Assembly: GCF_964204645.1 (NCBI RefSeq)
Contig: NC_134029.1
Span: 9,574,850 to 9,638,849, forward strand
Source: Tubulanus polymorphus
Lineage: Eukaryota > Animalia > Nemertea
Length of the DNA: 64,000 nt
Reading direction: 5' to 3'
Shown: piece by piece, positions 13,201-25,200 of the stretch
How positions within the stretch are numbered: the first letter of the stretch is position 1
Layout of the letters: the number at the start of each line of letters is the position of its first letter
Made by a program: the position numbers and the translations under genes
Notes under the pieces: generated by a model
Databases searched by the model: none
The model's input: the letters and a program-made list of their open reading frames with translations, nothing else
Told to the model about the DNA's origin: nothing

Positions 13201-16200
13201 GATTGATCACTAATCTTAAATCAATGCCCCCTGAAATTTGTCACCCAGGGTGATAAAATTTCCTAAATCAATGACGAGAGCCAGCGGGCATCAGAATCTT
13301 GAGAAATATTGCCCAAAGGTGATCCAGAAATAGAATAAACAAGGAATTTTTGATACTTTCATGTCTAGGTCCCTGGCAGCATTTTTCATAAAACAGCACT
13401 AGTTACTTGTGAACAGTTTACAGCTTTATACTCTAGAGGATTGACAGGTAAGACCTCGTGCTGCTGGCGCATCCTGATTGCTACTTTCTCCAAGGAACCA
13501 GTCAGGATGATTTGGTCAGCTCCTCTCAAAAAATTTTCAGAGCTTGCCAAGTACAGGTATGAAGGGTCAAGAGGAAGACCCTAAGTGAGCTCTCAGCAAA
13601 TTGAATATGAAACCACCAAATCTAGGCAAACCCCGGATCCAGCATCCATCACTGTTGACATGCCGAGACAAGATTTTGCCTTCAGATAATGGAATGGCAC
13701 GTAAGACAGACTGAGCCAGTGGTTGTATGAACTGATCAATCCCTTCTAATTTCTGAGCCACTGACTCTGAATCAGGGCCCCAATGAACAGTTGTGACGGT
13801 TTTACGCAACTCACCAATGAGGACTTTAACGACCCTGTCCTGAAATGATCTCACCCAGATAAGGTTATCAAGATTGGGCTGGCCTGCATCTGTAGGAGGC
13901 AACCCGTGATTGTTGGCAGGTGTATTCAACCTCCAAGGGGTCCTCCTAAAAAAACTTATACCCCACTAAAGCATCCAGGAATTTGGAGTTTGAATGGAAT
14001 ACACAATAATTTGGCATCCCTTGGACCCCAGCAATCTTATTTTGGAGACAAGAAAATCCCCTTGAGCAGGAGACTTTTTAGAGTCATTATTTTACTCATG
14101 GCAACCTCTGAATAGGTCGATAGCTGGGAAACTGGATTGTACCAGAATAGCGTCGTCTCCCTCCGTAAATACCAATGAGATTGACAAATGATGGACCTCA
14201 AGACAATAGTGGTCATGTGATCTCTTTTAAACTCCAGGAAGGATACATTGAAGTTTTACGCTTACCCAAGTGTCTGTGGGAGTATGACAATTAATCAATC
14301 AATGGAAAAACAGAAGATCCCAGACGACTGCAACAGACACACAGCAATGAGAATGAAAGCCTCCTGATATTCATAAATCCCCGTTTTATGGAATCACAAA
14401 TTCGATGCTTTTGGAGATTGCCATAGAAATAAGAAGGTAGTTTATCAACCCAAATGACACAGCCAGGTAGTCAAATCATAAGCGATCAATACAAATTCAG
14501 AGAAAAGTAGCAAAATCCAGGAAAGGGTCTAGTATTTGAAAGAAAAATTTTAAAAATATTAAAATCAGACCTTAGTTGTTCAATGTACATGTATGTTTTA
14601 ATCCCTTAAAGGTTTCATTCCCAGTGTTTCATTTTATTGCACAAAATTTATGACTTGCACTTGCAATCATTCAGTCTTCCTTGGATCTTCCAGGGTTCTC
14701 TTGAATGAAGAGCAGTGAAATCTATGTATTTGATGCCAAACAATGAAAGTAACAGTGTGGATACATAACAAGAAGAGGCCCAAAGATCACTACGGCCAGC
14801 CTGTCAGCTTTTTCGTAAAATGGCAAATGATGCATTCTGTGGGTTATATTTATCAAAATAATCTCCCAGCTATAGAGTCAATATCCATAATTTACACAAT
14901 ACCATTGTGTTTTCATAAGTAGCACAGACAGTGACTAGAGCTGGCAGGAACAAAGAGAGAACATAGAGGAGTCTTTGCTCTCTGCTTGGCTTCTTAAAAC
15001 AAATATCTTTGCATTTAGATTTTCGCGAATAAGCCAATATAAATTTTAACAAGGCACTTTTTCAAAGTTCAGCTTCATAGGAGAATGGATAATGTTTTAA
15101 TGAATGATTTGTATGAGTATAAGCTCAGTTGCACAGTCAAGGAGCCTTTGCTCTGAAGGAAACCATGTCATTTGAATACGCTCCATTTGTATAGTATGAG
15201 GCTCAGCCTACGGCTGGCCTAAAAATCCAAGAACAAGAAAAGTATTGGGCATAAATATATACTCAAAACCATTAAGGGGTTAAGATTATCCAGAAAAATG
15301 ATGAGATCTATCAATTGAAAATCTTTCTATATTTAGAAGTTGATTAAGTTGATTAAGTTCCCAATGAATATCAGTGGCACGAATCACTGACTCGAATTGT
15401 TGCGATAGCTTTATCATGTACAAACATGAAGTTTATGTCTATGTGAACATATCATAAGCATAAAAAACAGATTAAGGAACTTTACTCTACTAGAGATTTC
15501 AAAATGGAAACTAGAGTGGAAAAATACAATAACAAGCTAGAAACCAGAGATATGAAAATAAAGAGATTAAACGATGATGATGAATGTATACACATCATAC
15601 AAAACATACAACAAAATCCCGACACTCCATCTTTAAAAGTAAACATTCATATTACATAACAAAGGTAGTATAAATATATAGAAGGAAGTTTTGAAATGGA
15701 TAAAGTTACAAATATAAAATTTGTGAGGGAAAGTAAGCGAAAATTGTTCAAAATAACTAAAGGCTGTCCCAGATTTTCCCAGTAGTTTGAATGTTAATAT
15801 AGGTTGTTAGTGTTTAACATTGGAAACTATCTTGTTGCCAATGTATTTGTAAACACTTGCTAGCATTAATGAACATAAATTAAGCAAGTGGCTTACAGAT
15901 GGCAAGGATTGACTTATAATCAAATAACCTGGGACAACCTTTAACCAATACCAGATCACCTCACATTTTCAGGGAAATCGCCAATATCCGCAACGGGGTT
16001 TGAATATTCTGATTGCTTATATGAAACCCTGCTTCAGCATCAACAGATTTTCAAGACTTTATTAGAAGAGAAAACTATTCAATTATTTTGATGCAAATGA
16101 AAATCATAGTGAGTGATCTTTTCAAGAATTCACTCATTTCAGTATGAATAAATGAATTTCAAAAGCAGAAGTGCAGTTAGGGTTTCAGGAATGAAGGTGC

Positions 16201-19200
16201 ACTAATCCGTAAATACTATGCTTCTTTTCCTTTGAGTAGTATCTGCTATTAGCCCATAAAATTATTTCTTGGGAAAGGATTGTGCTTGGTGGCTATCATC
16301 ACTTTACTATGAACTCACAACATATATGTACAAAGAAACACCAGCTCCGAATATTTCATAAAAATGCAGCAAGAGCTCAAAAAAGCTGTATATCATATTG
16401 AAGAATATACAAAAAGATGTATTAAAGTAGTTACAGTGCAATCTTAGTTGATATGCAGCATGGATATAATCGCTATGTTACATTGGTGGCTGTTATAAGA
16501 CATTATTCATATAATTTCAATATGGCCAAAGACTATCCACGAAAATGCAAAGCTTTGGATATACAGGGTGTCTTAGAAAATGTGTTAGATAAGACCTTTT
16601 TTGGGACGGTTGAATCTTGGAGCAAATATATTCTAACATCAAAATGTTTACTCCAAGCATCACCCGATCAAGTGTCAACCGACTAAGATTACACATATGT
16701 TAAGATAATAGATAATTTATATAGGCCTATTTCCACAAAAAGTGGTGGAATAATATTGTAATAATCTGATTCATTTATCAAGATGACAAATTTCTCTTTC
16801 TTATTCTACCATAAATAAATCTGACGGATAGGTAAATATGTAAATAATAAATGTGGCGTGTATTATGCATGTATAAATGTATAAACAGAATGTGCAAATA
16901 TTCGGAGCTGGCATTGACCCTTGAACGTTGTTTCTTGACAATATGTCTTACATCTGCGGAAATGGCTGTTTTTCCCGTCAAGTTGGCTGACCTCACCCGT
17001 GACCTCTATTTTCATCATACCTGTGCTGATTCGGCGAGGTTTCTCAGCCTGGGGCTTTATCAGAAACCGATTGTCTGGAGGACTTAAACTGAATGCAACC
17101 CCTGTTGGTGGGCTGGTTGCACCAAACTCATCATTTGAACTAGTTTGGAATGCATGAGCCCTGAAAATAGACAGTTATTCTCAGCATTTGAAGGATTCAA
17201 TTCACCACATTGAACCTAAATTTAATAATTATCCTCATTATATGGCTTCAATAGTACGTATCAATGGTTCAACCATATGTCATGTTCAAACATGACAAAA
17301 CAAATACATTATTACATTTGAAACGAAGGCATTTTTTGTTCAGGTAATTTGTGATCAACATTCAGGTAAATGCACAGGTTCCTGTTACATACCTTCATTG
17401 GGGCTACCTTGCCCCACCAGAAGCGAGCTGCTCTCATTTGGTGTTAACCAGAATTCAAATACAGTGGTAGTAATATGATTTCAATTGTTACCATGGCCAT
17501 ATGAACACAGCAGTTTACTATTAACAGACTTTGAGCAAATGGCCTCTTCAAAAGACTGTGGTTATGGCGAAATTGATTTATCATAGACCATGAATACAAA
17601 CTACATAACCATTTTGTATAGAATAGTTAGCTTTTTTGTTATGATATTGCTTATTTACTGTGAAGAGGTGCGCATTTCTATATCTTCAGTAATTTTCATA
17701 ACCTGGATTTCCTGCATTGAGACTATCTTGGTGGATCAGAATGGCAGTAAGAGCGTATGTTGACCCATTTATGAAAGCAGGAATTGAAAAATACAAAACA
17801 GCTTCTGGTGACCATGACCTTTGACCTAGAGGACCGGAAATCTAATCAGTTACCCACAGTCTCTAGGATAACTCATCCATCAAATTTCACCTAGTTACTT
17901 TAAAGGGTTCATTAGTTAGAGCCGGAAATGAAAAACACAAAACAGCATTGGGTAACCTCATCTAGTACAACATAATTGTTGAATATCAGGAGAATCTGTC
18001 AAAGGGTTTAGGTGATAGGACACAGAAACCACTGCGGACAGACAGACGGAAAGTGAACGCAATAGCCACTTAAGTTGCAAGTGGGCTAAAAATGTACACG
18101 TGGCACTATTTTAAACGCTGTCTTACTTATGCAATATTTAATCAACCAAGAAACAAAAATTTACCATATACGAACTCAACCTTCTGTATTTCATATTCAA
18201 GAAGCTGCGAAAGTTTCAGAACCGTATGTTGCATTAAATGGATGTAATCGTTTGATGTGACATGTACTACGTACAGTCATCCTGAAGACCTGATCCAAAA
18301 TGACTACTTTCTGAAGGCAACAATGCTTGTCAGTTAGCTAATATCAGTAGAGATGTATCTACTACCATTTTTTTGGAAAAGATGTATGTTGATTTGACTG
18401 CTAAAACCAGTCCATTCGATCAACTTCTATTAACTCTTCTATCAACTAATTCCCTAAAAAACTTCGAAAATGTGTAAAAAGTACTGATTTTGGTTAACAA
18501 CGTTCACCATTTTCATCACGCCAGTTTTTGGGCTGTTGATGTGTCTTGAATGGATAGATGTTCGAACCTAATATCAACACTATCTTCAAAACTTCCCAAA
18601 CATTAGGATTCCATCTACAGATAGCAAACGGACAACAAACAAACTGCGAAAGCAATAGCCCCTATGTGGGCTAAATAGGTTAAATAGTTTTTTTTGCATT
18701 CCACAGGTAATACTGCTACCCCCAGTATCCTCAAGCTTCGTCAATGGTATGATATGTCAGTGAAGGAATTGTCATGATTGGCTATCAAAAAAATTCGCAA
18801 CACCTACTTAATCTAATAATTCATGGTTAATCAGTTGTGTGAGCCTAGTTCCCCTGGAACCTAATATTCAAAAGGGCACAACCTATGATATTTTGGTCTT
18901 GCATATACTTACGGCATTGAAATAGTACTGTATCGTTTATTATCAAGGTTTCCATGGTATTCCGGATTGATAACGACTCGCCTCAATGCCTCGAGAACCA
19001 TACGACCAGTTGTGAACACTCGGTATGTTAACAGGAATGTATTTAAGAAATCAATACTCAGAAAACGGAGATCAGTGAGTCGATCTAACAAACGATCAAC
19101 TGATGCATGACGAATCTGAAAAAGAATTGAACTCATTATCATCATATGGTCAACTACATTGTTGAATCATGAGTTCAAATGCCTTTGTTTGACAAGTCAG

Positions 19201-22200
19201 TCACACATTTTATTTTTCCCAGTTGTGAGATTATTTCCAACCATTAGCAAGTCCTTGCTGACCAACTGGTGAAATGTTCGATGTCATCCAAAAATATTGG
19301 GCCGTTTCCAGCACGCACTTCTTCCAATTTTGTCCGATTGGTGGCCTAATGATCTGGCCAATCCACTTAAGTGTAAAGTGCCATTTCGAAAATTAGTAGT
19401 GTTACATTAGATATCTCAATACCTGTGGAACTTTGCACGAATTCAGAGTTCGGCTGAATTTTATATCGATGTCATCTCTGAATAGCTTCGGATCTGACCT
19501 GCAATTGAGTCAAAGCAAAACAATAATTATAGCTAAATCTTTCATGAATTCAGGATACCTTTAATAAACAATATCATTTCCGGGAAGAAGTGTCTTTGGA
19601 AGAAATAACGAAAAATGTTGCTCTGAAAAAGATGTCAAAATTATAAAGCATAGCATTTATAGCATAGGCTTCACAAGTAACAGACTGAATGATTTCACTT
19701 AGGGAAAACTGCCATGCTTGTTACGTTTGAATGATTAGCACAAGAAATAAATTACATGTATGTACAATACAAATCACGATACAATATAAAATTCTATGTG
19801 ACGTAAGCCATATGATAAAAGTCTCATAACTTTTCAAACAGGGGAACACTAAATGATAGTGCCAGATACCATAACTGAAGCTGTTGGCAAAAACATGTTC
19901 ACGCACTTGTGCTGATCAGAGATAATGGATCTAGCCAGAAAACATCAATGCTCAACTCCTATTGGAGTTCAGGGATTTGGAAACAAATCAAATGTTTCAT
20001 AGATCATAAATCTCACCCATGAATTGTAAAAATATCACAAGTCACCAATTCATGATTTTCTTTGCCAAGTATCGCTCACCCCTTCATTGAGCTGTGGTAC
20101 TGATATCTGTGAAACATGAATAGTGATATTCATGTAGTGCTCACACAGAAGAAATACCATTTATTCTAGATTAATATCATAATAAAAAAATGTAACTCAT
20201 CAGGTTTATGGAGAATCTTGATTTAGGAAATATATACCTGGTTATTCTACAAAAAAGTGAACTATGATATCCCGGTTAGACCAATACCTGGATTGAGCTA
20301 ATCTGGACTAAGTGGGTTTTATTATATTATCATAACTACAGTCAATGACTGTTATATATTTCTATGGATAATACACTTTCTAATTAGTTACCGCCACGGA
20401 CAACAATAGTACGTGAAGCTTATGCTGGCTGCAAAGCAAAACTGACTATCACAGAATCATTATTGAATCTTCAGGGAACCCCTGGTTTCTATCATTGAGC
20501 TAGTAAATGAAGAATATCTAGCGAGACTAAATGTTGGCATTTAGACAGGTTAAGATGAAGACAATGTTTTGATTTGTAAACTAGCTTAGGCAAATAAGCA
20601 CAGGAAAAAATGATAGGTATAGGTATGTTATGTCGAGTGCCATTCCTTCTTGTTGACTAGATGAGCATTACGTAAATGTTAACCTAGGGGATCAAGAGAA
20701 AGCATGATTTTCTAGTATCGATAAAGCTTAAAAGTAAGTGTGGATTTAAATTTGTACCCAGTACTTAAGACAGACTGGACTGTCTTGAATGGCTAAGTTT
20801 CCGGCCCAGAAACTGAATCCAATAGTTATCTCCGGGACATTTGCAAGGTTTTGCCCAGCACATTAACAGAAAATAACTTAACCCTTAGGAACCTGCTCTC
20901 GCAAATTTGCGAGAGAACAGAAATGACACCGAAAGGTCTGATCTTGCAAATTTGCGAGAGGTGAGGTTTAGCCCAGTAACTGCAAAAGCACCGTGAAAGT
21001 TTTAAATTTAGTATCGACAAGTAGTATGCGTCTGGGGAAAGCCATGTCTGTACACAAACTCATAGCGTACCACTAAAAATTCTCGAGAAATCCACATTGA
21101 GTTAGCAGGGTGCCACAAGGTGGCGGTTTCTTCGATTTTACAATCAGGAAACAGACAACGTTACGCTGTTCATTTTGCTAAAAAATGCCTAGAAATTTCG
21201 AACGGATGACTAGATTGTTTAATTGATTGCCGACGAAGGCTCGGAAAATGAGGATGTTGTTACGGCTTGGTAATTAGGTACTTGTTTCCTTTGTTTTTAC
21301 CCTAAATTAATTCAGTCTTGCTCAGTTCATTGTTGTAAAAGAAATCCAGGTTCCTAAGGGTTAAGACATTACATGGAATGATAGTTTTCTCATAAAAGAA
21401 AAGAATTTAGATCATCTTGTACAAAAGCCCTAACCAACTTTTAGTGGACCTGAACGCCAAACTAAACGCCAAATGCTGGTTTCGAGGGATTTCCGGGAGA
21501 TTCTCAGGAGATTCTGTCAATGTTTTACTAACACCGAAAAAACATGCTTAATTTGCTCCACTAAAGCAATAATAGCATGTTATGTTATAATGAATAACAG
21601 CAGCTGTTAAACAGCCTTCTAACGAACAGACAAAGTACATGTACATGATATTCTATTTACACATTCTAATTTAATCATTATGCTCTGCCTCTGTTGTGGC
21701 AGAGTATTCATCAACATCTACAAGTCCCAGGGCTAATATATATATATATATATATGGTAAAATGGAATAATTGTAGGTGTAAATCAAGGCTGGAAGGAGG
21801 TGCAAAGTGAATTTGTGGAGAATTAAGAAAAAGTTACTCCCGTCCCTGTTTTAGATGGGATTTAACAAACCGAGCTCATAAGTCATACAAAATTGTGCGT
21901 CATCCTCACCTGTGTTGGATATATCCCTATTCAATTTTCAATTAATTTACAAATAATGATGTCTTAAGTGCACTGTATATCTATGATTAATCAATCAAAC
22001 TTGACTAGAAACTCTTTACCCCAGTTCCACAGTTATATTTGACACTTAAGTTAAAATGAACTTCAAAGTCAAAATCATCTTTAAATTCATTCCAAAGAAA
22101 AAAATTATCTAATAATGAACCTAAGTAATAGTTAAATCTTATTCCACTAGAGTTCCATGGCTGTAGACTGAAATTTGATTGTAGCTGAATAAGTCGCTTA

Positions 22201-25200
22201 CAGCAGCCATAGGCCGACTTGCAACCCTATTGGTTGCAACTCCGATGCGTCCGTCAAGTAAGGGTGTGCGAATAATCTCTATTAGTCAAAAAAGCAGCGT
22301 CGGTTGCCACTAGGAGAGATGTCTGTGCGACACGATTGTCGAAATAATTGTACTGGATTTGATGGACATATTTCTATATCATCACTCCACAGCGTAATGT
22401 TAACAAAACAAAACTTGGCTGAAAAATGTTTCATGAAAAAAAATTCAAATAGGCTTTGGTTTGAATGATTCAAATTCTAGTGATCATCAACAAAAAGCAG
22501 CTGGATCGAAACAACTCAGGTACAACTGTGGATCTTTATAGGGGGATGAATATTCAGCCCTTGCAAGGGAGGATGTCGCCGTATATTATATATAAATGAT
22601 GATATAAAAATGCACTGTATGCTCTTTCTAAAAGAAGACAAGGAGCTCCTGTAACTAACAAGGACAACAGTACTGCACATTGACAGACTCACCACAGTTG
22701 GTTGCTGTACACACTGAACCTGTTTGGAAAACAGTGCAATCAGATCAGACAATGTGAAAATCAAGCGACACAATAACAGCAACAATACACAAAACAGCAC
22801 TACAATTGTCTTAGTTTATAAACTCTCCACAAATGGTATGTATGATATATGTATGTTGCATGTGGTTATCTTCTGATTGAAGTTCTTGTTTATAATCTTA
22901 AGACGACCACATTAACCGATCAGAAGAGTTGAATATGTTATGAGAGTTTTTTTTTCAATCATGTGGCATTGCAGTGTGTTTGAGTACGTAGCTGTTTCAG
23001 TGGCTGAGGTGAAAGGTACTGTAAGCAGTGAAAGGGTCAACGAAACAATATTAATGCAGGAATCCACGTAAAAGTGGTTTGGCTCCTTAAGTTGATGGTT
23101 CTTATTCAGCAAGGATAATTCTAAAAATATAATTTTGTTCTGATAATCAGCATGTTCGATGAAGTGATTGTATTAAGAGTGTATTCCAACATGTACATAC
23201 GTTAATACAGCATACTATCATATACATGTTAATGTATGTTAAAATATTGTAGTATATACAAATCTACAATAAGTATTCAAACATGTACAGGTATTATACA
23301 AGCCAAAGTAAATGTAGTGTGCAAACATGTTCATAAAGTTAACTGCCATAACATGTTGTATACAAACATGTGCATGCAGTATGCAAACATGAATGTGAAG
23401 TATGCAAATATAGACATTTAGTATCCAAGCATGTACACGCAGTACCGGTATACTGCCACAACATATTCATGTAGTACATAAAAGCGTGAATACAGTATAG
23501 TGTCATAAGATATGCATGTACATGTTCATTAGTATGCTGCAATAAAACATGTTATGCATATTCTATGCTAGCCTGTACATGTAGTCTACAAAAACATTTA
23601 TGGGCAGTATATCAACATGTGTACACAAATACACTAACTTACGTATGTATGCATACATGAAATGTACATAATATACATTCCGTTCTAGAGTATTTACTGG
23701 TATATGAAACCAGGGAGGTTTCACTCCCACCTCCCTGATGTAACATACAAATGTACATGAAGTCTATAAGAAACATGTAACATATTACGCAAATACTTGC
23801 AAATGCTGATATTATTCAATTTCATTTCAGACCAACAAATATTTTGATTTCTTAAATTTTTGGTTTCATTGCACGATTAGGTCACCCTTTCAGTTGAACA
23901 GTCAGACAAAAACATGTTTTTGTGAACTAGAAATTGCATGCAATCGAGGGGACATTCCAGCGTTACTTTGATCCTGACAATGCGCAATAGTGAGAATAAA
24001 ATGCGACGTGACTCTTGTATAACCACTTTCATAAAATATCAATGATGTAGCTGAATTCTGTAAGGTGAATGAAATGATGCCAAGTTTATTATGTTGGAAT
24101 GTGGTTCTGTTCCAAATTTGCAGCCTTAATATTCCTCTTCTATTTATCATGATGGTAATACCTTCATATAGGTTCTTGAAAGTCTTTGTCTTATTATGAA
24201 GGTATTACCATCATGATAAATAGAAGAGGAATATTAAGGTTGCAAATTTGGAACAGAACCACATTCCAACCTAATAAACTTGGCATCATCTGCTTCCACA
24301 TACAGGTTCTTAAAAGTCTTTGTCTTATTATGTGGAAGCAGATGGTAGGCAGGAAAAAATCTATTATCCATTGACATTTGACAAAAGTGGTTGGCAGTTT
24401 TTAGTTATGCCAAAAAAAGCGTTTTTAATCATAATGAAAAACCATGCCTGACACACACAGGTTGCGCAATCGTGGACAAGTTCTAGACGAATACAAGATG
24501 AAGACAGGGATATCTTGGGAGACAAGATCATGAGCAATCCTGATAGAAATACGCCAAAAAATTTAATAAAGATATATCAAGGATAAACAATTGGTTAAAA
24601 ACGTTATGAGGGTAGTACTGAATGTAGGTGCGCAGGCATAGGTCATTGAATGGTTTGGGTATATTTGGTTTGGCACTTGTAGAGTTTTGAATGATTTTAG
24701 CATTAGTTACCTTCGATGATTCATTGACCTACCTCACTGACTGTGGCATCGTCACAGATGATGTATCACTCATCGATGTATTCAGTAAATCACTGTAGTG
24801 CAGATTCTCAATACACTACAAACATTCAGAAATAAGCTTTTTGACAAATCCCCAAATCAGGCTAGATCCTCAGAGAAAACTATGATTCATTATTCAGTAT
24901 TATTCGGTATTCATCAGTACAATTTTCACCTAGTAGAAATCTTTTGTCATATCTTTATTGCAAAATCCACAATTTCTCAAACACATAAACAACACAATAC
25001 ATCAACTAAGTGGATTTAACCAGTCTCAAAAAGCCAAGAAGTACTACATCTTTATATATAATCTAAATTGAAATCATAGCGATAACTTTTATTCAGACGC
25101 TAGAGATATATAAACAATGTAAAATTCGCTGGCTACAGCAGTCAGTGGTCTTCAAGACATTTAAGTGATTTAAAAGTAAACGCCCCTAAAGGTTATTGGC

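Noticed and set aside
21910-21926. 17-nt segment aatag|GGATATATCCAACACAG|gtgagg as a third microexon or recursive splice site
   Set aside because: Purine-rich acceptor and frame-breaking length; no better than chance.
23902-24374. Two near-identical ORFs ([13 protein letters not shown]...) on opposite strands
   Set aside because: A by-product of the 95-bp inverted repeat, with no coding signature.
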